Positions 1 through 8,447 of a stretch of DNA of 31,006 nucleotides are shown here, piece after piece; the first letter of the stretch is position 1, and every line of letters starts with the position of its first letter. The DNA is from a virus. Lineage: Duplodnaviria > Caudoviricetes. Both the position numbers and the translations under genes were made by a program. Location: positions 1-31,006 of the IMG/VR virus record IMGVR_UViG_3300012953_000123. One strand, given 5' to 3'. The notes beneath the pieces are model-generated. The model did no database searches, was not told the origin of the DNA, and worked only from the letters and a program-made list of their open reading frames with translations.

Positions 1-259
1 TACGTTGTTTAGTTCTTCTAAAGCATTGTATGAGTCTATGTTAAAGCAAGGTGTTGCTAAGGAATGTGCTAGAATGGTATTACCACTCTGTACTCCTACC
101 AGAATCTATATGACTGGTTCTTGCCGTTCTTGGATACACTATATAAATCTAAGGTCTGCACACGGTACTCAGAAGGAGCATATGGTCATTGCAGAAGCAT
201 GTAGGAAGGTGTTTACCGAACAGTTCCCTGCAGTCTCAGAAGCCCTTGAGTGGGTCTAA
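1..259 (+). CDS. thyX: Flavin-dependent thymidylate synthase ThyX, C-terminal part (5' truncated by the window edge)
   Basis: C-terminal ThyX motifs [12 protein letters not shown]...[24 protein letters not shown]; frame is open to the window edge; stop TAA at 257-259. Confidence 0.92.
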   Translation, partial: TLFSSSKALYESMLKQGVAKECARMVLPLCTPTRIYMTGSCRSWIHYINLRSAHGTQKEHMVIAEACRKVFTEQFPAVSEALEWV

Positions 260-262
260 ATA
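256..262 (+). promoter_or_regulatory. Putative T4-type late promoter (CTAAATA)
   Basis: TATAAATA-like box overlapping the thyX stop, about 20 nt upstream of the ATG at 284; the same motif recurs at other gene boundaries. Confidence 0.5.
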
Positions 263-283
263 TTTTTACAATACTTTATCATC

Positions 284-532
284 ATGGCAACATATCCTGT
301 GGTTCACAAAGAAACTGGTGAGCAGAAAGAAGTAGCAATGAGTATCACAGAGTGGTCTCAATGGTGCGAAGATAATCCTGATTGGAAACGTGATTGGAGT
401 GATCCATCTACTTGTCCAATGGCAGCAGAGGTAGGAGATTGGAGAAATAAGTTGGTTGCGAAAAATCCAGGATGGAATGAGGTACTACATAAAGCTTCAA
501 AAGCACCTGGTTCTAAAGTAAAGAAAATCTAA
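284..532 (+). CDS. Conserved hypothetical T4-like phage protein, possibly a degenerate FmdB-like fold
   Basis: 82-aa ORF (MATYPVVHKETGE...NPGWNEVLHKASKAPGS) between thyX and phoH; TAATG coupling to phoH. Confidence 0.75.
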   Translation: MATYPVVHKETGEQKEVAMSITEWSQWCEDNPDWKRDWSDPSTCPMAAEVGDWRNKLVAKNPGWNEVLHKASKAPGSKVKKI

Positions 533-1290
533 TGGCTAGAAAGAAAAGATCTAATACTCCAAATAATATCGGAGTTGGTATGACTGCCAAACAGATGAAA
601 AAAAGAAAACCTCTGGGTTCTGGATATTTGGTGGATATAGAACCACTTAATGATAATCAGAGAAGGTTATTTGATTCCTACAAAGCAGGTAAACATTTAG
701 TTTCTTATGGTTGTGCAGGTACAGGTAAGACTTTTATTTCTTTATTCAATGCCTTGAAAGATGTATTAAGTGAGAATACTCCTTATGAGCAAATATATCT
801 AGTAAGATCTTTGGTTGCTACAAGAGAGATTGGTTTCTTACCTGGTGACCATGAAGATAAGGCAGACATATATCAAATACCATACAAAAATATGGTAAAG
901 TATATGTTCCAGATGTCGAGTGATGCTGATTTTGAGATGCTGTATGGTAACTTAAAAGCACAGGATACTATTAAGTTTTGGAGTACTAGTTTTTTGAGAG
1001 GTACTACATTAGATAACTCTGTTATCATTGTAGATGAATTTCAGAATCTAAACTTCCATGAGTTGGATAGTATCATTACAAGAGTTGGTGAAAATACCAA
1101 GATTATTTTCTCTGGAGATGCTAGACAAACTGATTTAGTGAAGACGAATGACCGTAATGGTATCGTAGACTTTATGAACATCTTGCGTAAAATGCCATCT
1201 TTTGATATAATAGAGTTTGAGATAGAAGATATAATCCGTTCAGGATTAGTTAAAGAATATCTTATTGCTAAAATGGAAGCTACTGTTTAA
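532..1290 (+). CDS. phoH: PhoH-family ATPase
   Basis: Walker A GCAGTGKT, REIGFLPG, FLRGTTLDN, IIVDEFQN, TRVGENTKIIFSGDARQTDL, IIRSGLVKEY. Confidence 0.96.
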   Translation: MARKKRSNTPNNIGVGMTAKQMKKRKPLGSGYLVDIEPLNDNQRRLFDSYKAGKHLVSYGCAGTGKTFISLFNALKDVLSENTPYEQIYLVRSLVATREIGFLPGDHEDKADIYQIPYKNMVKYMFQMSSDADFEMLYGNLKAQDTIKFWSTSFLRGTTLDNSVIIVDEFQNLNFHELDSIITRVGENTKIIFSGDARQTDLVKTNDRNGIVDFMNILRKMPSFDIIEFEIEDIIRSGLVKEYLIAKMEATV

Positions 1291-1970
1291 TGTTTAATCA
1301 TGTTGATTTGAACCTCGAACCTCTAAAAAGAGAGACTATCGATGGTGTTCGTTATTATTCTATTCCAGATGTAGATGAATTAGTTAAACTAGTTTCTATT
1401 ACTTCTGTTACTAGTCATTTTAATAAAGAGATCTTTGTTAACTGGCGAAAGAAAGTTGGTAATGAAGAAGCAGACCGTATCACGAAAGCAGCAACAAGTC
1501 GTGGTACTGATATGCATACTCTTACTGAGTATTATTTAAAAAATGAAAACCTTCCTGAGGTACAACCCTTATCAAAGTTCTTATTTAAGGTTGCTAAATT
1601 TGAGTTGAATAAGATAAATAAAATATATGCTTTAGAAGGGCCTCTATATAGTAGACAATTAGGTATTGCAGGAACTGTCGATTGTATTGCAGAATATGAT
1701 GGTGAGTTAGCGATAATAGATTTTAAGACATCTAAAAAACCTAAACCACGTAAGTGGATTGAACATTATTTTGTTCAAGCAATGGCATACGGTTGTATGC
1801 TGTATGAGATGAAAAACATCTCTATAAAAAAACTTGTAATTATCATGGCTTGTGAAAATGGAGAATGTGTCGTCTATGAAGAATCAGACAAAGCAAAGTA
1901 CATCAAACTTCTCGACAAATATATTAGAAAATTTGTTGGGGATAAACTGGAGTTATATGGAACCAAATAA
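1290..1970 (+). CDS. PD-(D/E)XK RecB-like exonuclease
   Basis: RGTDMH, AGTVDCIAEYDGELAIIDFKTS and Q-x-x-x-Y (VQAMAYG) motifs; usual position after phoH. Confidence 0.88.
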   Translation: MFNHVDLNLEPLKRETIDGVRYYSIPDVDELVKLVSITSVTSHFNKEIFVNWRKKVGNEEADRITKAATSRGTDMHTLTEYYLKNENLPEVQPLSKFLFKVAKFELNKINKIYALEGPLYSRQLGIAGTVDCIAEYDGELAIIDFKTSKKPKPRKWIEHYFVQAMAYGCMLYEMKNISIKKLVIIMACENGECVVYEESDKAKYIKLLDKYIRKFVGDKLELYGTK

Positions 1971-2217
1971 AGAATTAGAAAAAGCGATTGAGAGTAAGTT
2001 TTTAACACCTCAAAAGTTTGCTATAGAGATTGAGAAAATAGTAGTAAGTGATGAACTTAACTACATTGATGCTATCTGCCATTATTGCGACAAGAATGGA
2101 TTAGAGATCGAATCCGTTACTAAACTTGTATCTAAACCTCTAAAAGAGAAACTCAAATGGGATGCCCAAGAGTTAAACTTTATGAAAAAAACATCGAAGG
2201 CAAAACTACCAGTTTAA
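1957..2217 (+). CDS. gp33: Late-promoter transcription coactivator, gp33-like
   Basis: True start probably ATG 1957 (GGAG upstream); FAIEIEKIV...YIDAICHYC...SKPLKEKLKWDAQELNF; synteny with gp59 and gp32. Confidence 0.88.
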   Translation: MEPNKELEKAIESKFLTPQKFAIEIEKIVVSDELNYIDAICHYCDKNGLEIESVTKLVSKPLKEKLKWDAQELNFMKKTSKAKLPV

Positions 2218-2429
2218 TGCCAACACAACTTGATTTATTACATTATCGTTTACAAGCGATATTGCGTGACTATAATTTTCCTGACTTAGAATATATTGGA
2301 AAACGTCCAAGTTATAAGACGGGTAATAATGTACATTGGTATCGCATAGGAGGGGAAGAAGTTCCTATTGATGCGATTACTGAATTTGAAGCCGAAGATG
2401 ATGCCGAAGACGAAAGTGACACCGTTTGA
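2217..2429 (+). CDS. Hypothetical protein (70 aa, acidic tail)
   Basis: ATG overlaps the gp33 stop (TAATG at 2215-2219); MPTQLDLLHYRLQAILRDY...EDDAEDESDTV. Confidence 0.65.
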   Translation: MPTQLDLLHYRLQAILRDYNFPDLEYIGKRPSYKTGNNVHWYRIGGEEVPIDAITEFEAEDDAEDESDTV

Positions 2430-3006
2430 TACCTATCACGCTTATCTCTCTATGAAGAGTCATTTTACTAATCCTAAATTTGACTATCATAAGTATGGAG
2501 GTAAATCCCGTGCTACTATATCTGCTTTTAATAAGAGAAAGGATAAGTATTGGTTTGAGAAGACCAGTCGTAAATACTCTGATGAAGAAGTGGTAAACTT
2601 TTTATTAGCAAACTTTGTAATAACTGATAACCCACAAAACTTATGGATTGGCGAGATTATAAAAAACGGGGAGGAGAACTACTCCGAATGGCTAAAACGC
2701 AAACAGAGTTTGACTTATTTGTTCAAAGAACAAATCGAGAGATTAATATCAGAACACGGATTCGAAACATTGTTCGATTGCTCGAAGGGTCATCCCCTAT
2801 TGTTAAAAAAGTATCTGCGTGGAGAGATCTCCCTAGAAACGCTTACAATATTGGAAAAAGTCTTTTCTTTCGTTAAAAACTTTGATAAAAGACTTACTGA
2901 TCCAGTGTGGGAATCCGTCAGTCTAAAGATAAAAAAATATATTCCTTTCATAAATATTAATATGTTAAAGTATAAAAAAATCTTACGGGACATTATTAAT
3001 GAGTAA
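2401..3006 (+). CDS. gp59: Helicase loader gp59
   Basis: TPFDTYHAYLSMKSHF...FDYHKYGGK...FNKRKDKYWFEK...ISLETL; start uncertain (ATG 2398/2401 or GTG 2416). Confidence 0.9.
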   Translation: MPKTKVTPFDTYHAYLSMKSHFTNPKFDYHKYGGKSRATISAFNKRKDKYWFEKTSRKYSDEEVVNFLLANFVITDNPQNLWIGEIIKNGEENYSEWLKRKQSLTYLFKEQIERLISEHGFETLFDCSKGHPLLLKKYLRGEISLETLTILEKVFSFVKNFDKRLTDPVWESVSLKIKKYIPFININMLKYKKILRDIINE

Positions 3007-3331
3007 CTTTTTTGATTCTGAAATTATTCAAGATGCACTACATGAAATAAATGAACTTCAAGAAGATGTTTATTCTAATTTGATTGGTTTTCAAGCCATG
3101 AGTCGTGAGGAAAAACTAGAGCATGTTGAAACATTACTCCTTCTATTGGAGAAGCAAAAGATTATGTATACGAGATTATCTCTATCAGATGATCCTGATG
3201 CTACCAAAATGTTAGAGGAGTTGAAAAAATCAATAAGTGGTTTGGGATTTGGTGAAGGTGCTGACATCAATACATTATTTGCACAAATGAACAGCACTAT
3301 CGAAAAACTTAAGCAATCTATTGACATATAA
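2999..3331 (+). CDS. DUF1825-like protein (cyanobacterial/cyanophage family)
   Basis: FFDSEIIQ...REEKLEHVE...YTRLSLSDDP...FAQMNSTIEKLK resembles DUF1825 as I recall it. Confidence 0.7.
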   Translation: MSNFFDSEIIQDALHEINELQEDVYSNLIGFQAMSREEKLEHVETLLLLLEKQKIMYTRLSLSDDPDATKMLEELKKSISGLGFGEGADINTLFAQMNSTIEKLKQSIDI

Positions 3332-3349
3332 GCAAATCCTTGCTATAAT
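3321..3349 (+). promoter_or_regulatory. Consensus sigma70-type (early) promoter for gp32
   Basis: TTGACA (3321-3326), 17-nt spacer, TATAAT (3344-3349) with extended -10 TG. Confidence 0.9.
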
Positions 3350-3394
3350 ATCCAAGTAAATCCATTTTATCCAATTAAATCCGAGGTAATCTAA
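3350..3394 (+). repeat. ATCC motif array with about 10-nt period in the gp32 leader (candidate autogenous operator)
   Basis: ATCC at 3350, 3360, 3369, 3379 and ATCT at 3389; G-poor except the GAGG ribosome-binding site. Confidence 0.65.
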
Positions 3395-4291
3395 ATGTCT
3401 TTCAGTAATCTGAAAAAAGCGTCCAGACTAGGAACTCTCACTTCTAAGTTAGTCAAAGAAGTAGAGAAGATGAATAATACATCTGGTGGGGACGATAGAC
3501 TATGGAAGTTAGATGTAGACAAGTCAGGTAATGGCTATGCCGTTCTACGTTTCCTTCCAGCACCCGATGGCGAAGACCTGCCATTTGTTAAACTATACAG
3601 TCATGCCTTTCAAGGACCTGGTGGTTGGTACATAGAAAATAGTTTAACTACCTTAAACCAAAAAGATCCAGTATCAGAGTATAACACTTCACTCTGGAAC
3701 AATGGTACAGAAGCAGGTAAGGACACTGCCCGTAGACAAAAGCGTAAACTTACATACATCAGTAATGTGTATGTTGTGAAAGATCCTACAAATCCTGAAA
3801 ATGAAGGTAAGGTATTCTTATACAAGTATGGTAAGAAAATCTTTGATAAGTTAATGGCTGCAATGCAACCAGAGTTTGAAGATGAGAGTCCTATTGATCC
3901 ATTTGATCTATGGCAAGGTGCTAACTTCAAGTTGAAAGCAAAGAATGTTGCTGGATACAGAAATTACGATAGCTCCGAGTTCGCTCAGCCCACTCCTTTA
4001 AATGATGATGATGAGGCACTAGAAGCCCTTTGGAAGAGGGAATATTCCTTACAAGACTTTGTAGGAGCAGACCAGTTTAAGTCATATGATGACTTGAAGA
4101 AACGTCTTACATATGTACTAGGAAATGCAGCATCTACGAAGAGACTAGATGAAGAGGTTATGAATGAGGAAGAGACAAGTAATGTTGCTACATCTAACGT
4201 AGAGGAACAACTTACAACATCCAGCACTTCAAAGGCAGACTTTGTGGAAGATGATACTCTTCAATATTTCGCTGCTCTTGCAAATGACTAG
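3395..4291 (+). CDS. gp32: Single-stranded DNA-binding protein gp32
   Basis: DDRLWKL-DKSGNGYAVLRFLPAP, YSHAFQGPGGWYIENSLTT, YKYGKKIFDK, GANFKLK, NYDSSEF; acidic C-terminal tail. Confidence 0.97.
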   Translation: MSFSNLKKASRLGTLTSKLVKEVEKMNNTSGGDDRLWKLDVDKSGNGYAVLRFLPAPDGEDLPFVKLYSHAFQGPGGWYIENSLTTLNQKDPVSEYNTSLWNNGTEAGKDTARRQKRKLTYISNVYVVKDPTNPENEGKVFLYKYGKKIFDKLMAAMQPEFEDESPIDPFDLWQGANFKLKAKNVAGYRNYDSSEFAQPTPLNDDDEALEALWKREYSLQDFVGADQFKSYDDLKKRLTYVLGNAASTKRLDEEVMNEEETSNVATSNVEEQLTTSSTSKADFVEDDTLQYFAALAND

Positions 4292-4293
4292 AC

Positions 4294-4998
4294 TTAAAGA
4301 GGCATAGAGACTCGTGTATTCTCGGTTTTCACTAATCTATCATTGATACGACCCGAAGACCGTTGATATACCATTATATCTCTCATGTCATTTAAGAACT
4401 GTTGAATATAATCTTCTTTTAGAAGATGGATACTTCTTTTCTCTTCATTTTTTATAACTTCATATTCCCAGTTAGAGACACCTCTGACTGGGTTTATTTT
4501 TGTGGATACTTCGTTATTTCCTTGAACCTGTGGTTTGTATATTTTAAAATCTTCATTCACTCGTTTACCTGCAGGAAGAATCAGAAGGTTGGTATATAAT
4601 ATATCCTCTCCTTCTTTATTCTTGACTATTTTGTTACTTCTAACTTCTGTAGTCTCATAATATCTGATAGAGTTAAGTTTATCTCCATGAACTTCATAAC
4701 AATAATCATAAAGGTCTCTATCATCTAAAGGCCATTCATCTCTGACATTTAGAATACCTGCTGTCATTAAAACAACCCAGTCCAACTCTGCATCACCATA
4801 AATCTCTTCGGCAACAGTGTCTGGACGGGCACCTTGTTTAATTTCATACTTATTGAAGAGTGTGAAGACATTTTGCAGATCATCACGTAACTTATTTCTT
4901 CTGAATAAGTTTTTAACAGTCACATAACTTTGTGACGATATTGATGAGGCCAGAAAATTCTGATACTCTACATTTGGTAACTCTCTAAAATAACCCAT
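4294..4998 (-). CDS. gp53: Baseplate wedge protein gp53
   Basis: YFRELPN...VKNLFRR...RPDTVAEEIYGDAELDWVVL...EWP; SNWEYE...NEEKRSI. Confidence 0.92.
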   Translation of the reverse strand: MGYFRELPNVEYQNFLASSISSQSYVTVKNLFRRNKLRDDLQNVFTLFNKYEIKQGARPDTVAEEIYGDAELDWVVLMTAGILNVRDEWPLDDRDLYDYCYEVHGDKLNSIRYYETTEVRSNKIVKNKEGEDILYTNLLILPAGKRVNEDFKIYKPQVQGNNEVSTKINPVRGVSNWEYEVIKNEEKRSIHLLKEDYIQQFLNDMRDIMVYQRSSGRINDRLVKTENTRVSMPL

Positions 4999-6131
4999 TA
5001 GAATCCAACTCCATCTCTGTGATCACTATATGGTTCATAATCTTCATAGAATATTGGTAGTAACTCAGTAAATGAAAGAGCAATACTCATTGAAATAGGA
5101 GCACCATCATTATAAGTTGACCATGATTCAAGTCCTGCTGAATAATCTGTAGCTATATTTGTTAGAGCACAAAGTTTGATGCGATTCAAATATTTTTTTG
5201 CTTTTCCTTCATATGTAATCTCAAAGATATTTGGTGTCTTTAAGAAGTTGCCACCTGAACCTTTAGGTGCCATATTTCTTTTAAATGCTTTAATGATACT
5301 TCTTACAGTTTGTGCTTCTACCTGATGACGTGGAACAAACTGAAAGGCAAAAGAGAAGTTACGAAGTGTCTGACCAGAGAATAATAACTCTTGGTTAGGA
5401 TTCAAAATAGCACCTTCACTTCTTGACATAATTTGTGCGAATGTCATATTACCACCAAAGGCATTAACTGCTGACATTGCCAATCTATTTCCAATCAGAT
5501 CTCCACCTCCTGCCATATTTGACATACCTTCTGCGTCGATAGCTGATTTAAAAGTATTTTTTACATCTTCAATAGCTTGCTCCACCCCTCCACCATCAGT
5601 GTTCGTGATGTTTTGTGCAGCTGTTAATCCCCCTTCTTGAAGGAAGTTCATAGTACCATCTTGACCATAGTTTACCTGAGTGGTATCTTTAATGTCTTTA
5701 GGCATTGGTAGTATAATATTACCAAGATACTTTGATTTTAATGCTTGACCAGTAAAGGCTGTACCACCAAATTTCATTTCATCTTCTTCATTTATTTGCC
5801 TTTTGGTCACATTTCCAGATCTTTTATATTCAAATACTGAAAACTTGATATAGTCTCCATCTTTTTCGATAGGACTATATGGATACCTTAAATCATCAGG
5901 CAGTTTGCCGTCCAATCTCTTTTTTCTAGCTTTCTTGATTACTTGAGACTTCTGCCATTGCTCTGCTTCTTTAAATGCTTGCTCTTCAGTTTCTTTATAA
6001 TCTGCAGGGAGATTTCCCATTGCACCGTGTTTCTTTTTTAAACTCTCACGATACTTACGACTTTCTGCTATTTCTTGTTTTCTTTTGTTTTCTTCCCTTA
6101 CGTTACTAACCCAACCTCTAAAACCTGCCAT
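4998..6131 (-). CDS. gp48: Baseplate tail-tube cap gp48
   Basis: LRYP, ILPMP, NPNQELLFSGQTLRNFSFAFQFVPR...EA, LKTPNIF, CALTNI, LSFTEL. Confidence 0.92.
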   Translation of the reverse strand: MAGFRGWVSNVREENKRKQEIAESRKYRESLKKKHGAMGNLPADYKETEEQAFKEAEQWQKSQVIKKARKKRLDGKLPDDLRYPYSPIEKDGDYIKFSVFEYKRSGNVTKRQINEEDEMKFGGTAFTGQALKSKYLGNIILPMPKDIKDTTQVNYGQDGTMNFLQEGGLTAAQNITNTDGGGVEQAIEDVKNTFKSAIDAEGMSNMAGGGDLIGNRLAMSAVNAFGGNMTFAQIMSRSEGAILNPNQELLFSGQTLRNFSFAFQFVPRHQVEAQTVRSIIKAFKRNMAPKGSGGNFLKTPNIFEITYEGKAKKYLNRIKLCALTNIATDYSAGLESWSTYNDGAPISMSIALSFTELLPIFYEDYEPYSDHRDGVGF

Positions 6132-6151
6132 TTATCGACCTGATGTAAATT

Positions 6152-6523
6152 TTAACTATTTAGACGAATATTGCCAAAAGGTATTTCAATCGCATCTGAA
6201 AGTTCCTCAGGATATATTTCATAGATGCCACCAGCAATTTCATTCCATGTATATTGACGCATTTGACCCCAATGATAGTTAAGGCCACGGAATCCCCATT
6301 GAAATCTTTCAGTAACAGCAACTAAAGGATTTTGATCGTATTGAATATTAGGAGTTTTTGGTCGATAAACAAATGCATATATCTTTCCAACTTCAGGCAC
6401 CTTATTACCTTCTTGTAGACGATCTAGAAGTTCTAGCATCAAGTCATCAGCACTTTGAAGACCTGTCAGACTATCAACAACTCCACGGATTCTATTTGCG
6501 TTATCGTCAGTTGGAAATGCCAA
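6152..6523 (-). CDS. Short gp2-like (DNA end protector-related) protein
   Basis: GKIYAFVYRPKT...YDQNPLV...GFRGLNYHW resembles the T4 gp2 core; TTG start; adjacent to gp4. Confidence 0.6.
   Translation of the reverse strand: MAFPTDDNANRIRGVVDSLTGLQSADDLMLELLDRLQEGNKVPEVGKIYAFVYRPKTPNIQYDQNPLVAVTERFQWGFRGLNYHWGQMRQYTWNEIAGGIYEIYPEELSDAIEIPFGNIRLNS
6157..6163 (-). promoter_or_regulatory. Putative late promoter (CTAAATA) for gp48-gp53
   Basis: TATTTAG on the + strand, about 25 nt upstream of the gp48 start. Confidence 0.6.
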
Positions 6524-6950
6524 GTTCTCTCTCCGTTAATATTTTAAATTCCCATAATCTATCATCACAAAAGTTCTTTGCTGCTTCCCACTTTGCTTGG
6601 TTCTTAGCATAAGTATAGACTTCGTAAATATAACCTCTAGTTTTTTTCTTTTGTATCTTAGGTTCTTTAGTCTGTCTTGCAGGTTTGATTTCAATAATGT
6701 ATTTTTTAATTTTACCACTAGATTCTTTTACTTTAATATAAAAGTCGGGAAAATAACGACGTACTTTTCCTGATGTTGGATCTCTATATGGTATAATGTA
6801 TTCTTCTGAACCCCATTCTAAAATGTATTGTTTGGTATCACAATATTTCATAAACTTTTCTTCCCAACTAGATCTAAAAATGATATTTTTATAGTCACCC
6901 TTATATTTTTTAGGGTTCTTGGGTCTATAATAACCTTTTTTAGTTGCCAT
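6507..6950 (-). CDS. gp4: Head completion nuclease gp4 (TnsA-like fold)
   Basis: PKNPKKYKGD...RSSWE...WGSEE...IPY...RRYFPDF...IEIKP...NQAKWEAA...FKILTE. Confidence 0.95.
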   Translation of the reverse strand: MATKKGYYRPKNPKKYKGDYKNIIFRSSWEEKFMKYCDTKQYILEWGSEEYIIPYRDPTSGKVRRYFPDFYIKVKESSGKIKKYIIEIKPARQTKEPKIQKKKTRGYIYEVYTYAKNQAKWEAAKNFCDDRLWEFKILTERELGISN

Positions 6951-6957
6951 CTGATTG

Positions 6958-7623
6958 TTAAGTCATTACATAACGATCATAGGCAAATGTGACTGTTACT
7001 TTCATTAGATTTGCTTGACCATAGGAAACGGGACTTGTATTTAATGCTTTGGGGAAGGCATTAATAAACTGATATTCTAAAAGATTTGAAGTTAATGGAA
7101 TTTTAATATTATTAGCATTCTTATCAAATTTGACAATGGATAAAGTTTGGCATTTATAACCGACCTCGGATTTTGATGCAAAGTTTACAGAAGAGTCCAT
7201 AGGATAGTTAAATCTTCTATAATATGATTCTTTCCTCATATCTGTTTTAGGGCTATTATCTCCAGAAATATAATCCATCCATCCTTCAAAGAATTTGAGA
7301 GTTTGGTGCTTTGCGTCAACATAAAATGAAAATTCGCTGTCTATATAGTTACGGAAGTGTGGAACGTGTTGTTTAATTCCTTGGTAGTTATCGCTAATTT
7401 CCAAGGTTGCAAATGAACTACCTGGTAATACAGCTTCTGAACACATAATACCTATAGAATTACCTGTTGCATAGTCATTAGGTAAATTATAGATGTCAAA
7501 TAAGTAATCTTTAAGACCACCTGTAAATCCGTTTATAGTTACTTGATATTGGTTCGTTAAAGATAACGGAAGTGTCTTCAACTTATCAAAGCCATCTTTA
7601 AAATTTTGTATTACCGATGCCAT
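6958..7623 (-). CDS. Tail-tube-fold baseplate protein (gp54-like tube initiator)
   Basis: MCSEAVLPG, FSFYVD, KFFEGWMDYI, YQFINAFPK, VSYG, VTVTFAYDRY (gp19/gp54 fold motifs); synteny. Confidence 0.75.
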   Translation of the reverse strand: MASVIQNFKDGFDKLKTLPLSLTNQYQVTINGFTGGLKDYLFDIYNLPNDYATGNSIGIMCSEAVLPGSSFATLEISDNYQGIKQHVPHFRNYIDSEFSFYVDAKHQTLKFFEGWMDYISGDNSPKTDMRKESYYRRFNYPMDSSVNFASKSEVGYKCQTLSIVKFDKNANNIKIPLTSNLLEYQFINAFPKALNTSPVSYGQANLMKVTVTFAYDRYVMT

Positions 7624-7656
7624 CTAGATACCTAGTATTATCTTTATATTATAAAG

Positions 7657-7677
7657 TATTTAGATACTTAATAAATA
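7657..7677. promoter_or_regulatory. Back-to-back divergent late promoters
   Basis: TATTTAG at 7657-7663 (CTAAATA on the - strand) and AATAAATA at 7670-7677 (+ strand) in the 78-nt divergent gap. Confidence 0.75.
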
Positions 7678-7701
7678 ACCTTACTGAAGTTTGAAAACAT
7701 T

Positions 7702-8424
7702 ATGCCTTTACCTAAGATTTCTGCCCCTACATATGAGTTAGTACTGCCCTCAAGTGGAAGGAAAGTAAAGTATAGACCTTTTTTAGTTAAAGAGGAGAAG
7801 ATTCTAGTCATTGCATTAGAATCAGAAGATACCAAACAGATTACAAATGCTATTAAAACTGTCATTAGTAACTGTATTTTATCCAAAGGGATTAGGATTG
7901 AGAAACTAGCAACTTTTGATATTGAATATTTATTTTTAAATGTTCGTGCTAAGTCAGTTGGTGAAACAGTTGACGTAAATGTTACATGTCCTGATGATGG
8001 TGTAACTCAAGTTCCTTTGAAAATAGATATAGATTCTATAAAAGTTCAAAAGAATGATAAACATACTAATATTATAAAACTTGATGATAATCTATCTGTT
8101 CAGATGAATTATCCTTCATTGACTCAGTTCATTGAAAGTAACTTTGAACTATCAGGAGTGGATAGTGATCTTGAGAAATCATTAGATGTGATTATTTCTT
8201 GTATTGGTCAAGTATATAATGAGGAAGAATCATGGAATGCTTCTGAGTGTACCAAGAAAGAACTAAAAGATTTTGTTGAGCAAATGAATTCTAAACAGTT
8301 TAAGGAGATTGAAGTATTTTTTGATACTATGCCTAAACTATCTCATAAGATTAAGGTAAAGAATCCAGAGACTGATGTTGAGAATGAAGTGGTATTGGAG
8401 GGTTTAGCGTCTTTTTTCAGTTAG
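7702..8424 (+). CDS. gp26: Baseplate hub assembly chaperone gp26
   Basis: MPLPKI-PTYEL-LPS...KYRPFLVKEEKIL, FDIEYLFLNVRAKSVGE, CPDD, FFDTMPKL, LEGLASFF. Confidence 0.93.
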   Translation: MPLPKISAPTYELVLPSSGRKVKYRPFLVKEEKILVIALESEDTKQITNAIKTVISNCILSKGIRIEKLATFDIEYLFLNVRAKSVGETVDVNVTCPDDGVTQVPLKIDIDSIKVQKNDKHTNIIKLDDNLSVQMNYPSLTQFIESNFELSGVDSDLEKSLDVIISCIGQVYNEEESWNASECTKKELKDFVEQMNSKQFKEIEVFFDTMPKLSHKIKVKNPETDVENEVVLEGLASFFS

Positions 8425-8447
8425 CTCTAGCTCATGAGAGTCTAGAG
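8397..8447 (+). promoter_or_regulatory. Candidate -1 programmed ribosomal frameshift signal
   Basis: GGAGG 8397-8401; slippery T_TTT_TTC 8412-8418 in the correct register; hairpin CTCTAG-CTC/ATGA/GAG-T-CTAGAG 8425-8447. Confidence 0.72.

Noticed and set aside
260-531. Pho box upstream of phoH
   Set aside because: No convincing 11-nt-spaced tandem repeat; phoH is translationally coupled within an operon.
1852-1956. N-terminal extension of gp33 in the ORF track (likewise the 2157, 2368 and 19261 starts)
   Set aside because: Longest-ORF artefacts overlapping upstream genes or promoters; better starts with a ribosome-binding site or coupling lie downstream.
1290-1970. Cas4 / CRISPR interpretation of the exonuclease
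   Set aside because: No four-cysteine Fe-S arrangement, no other cas genes, and no repeat-spacer array seen in the window.
6507-6950. TnsA transposase / mobile element
   Set aside because: The TnsA-like fold here is the core T4-like gp4 head completion protein in normal synteny; no TnsB/TnsC or terminal repeats.
8434-8445. ATG at 8434 as the gp51 start
   Set aside because: Wrong frame (ATG AGA GTC TAG, three codons) and located in the hairpin loop.
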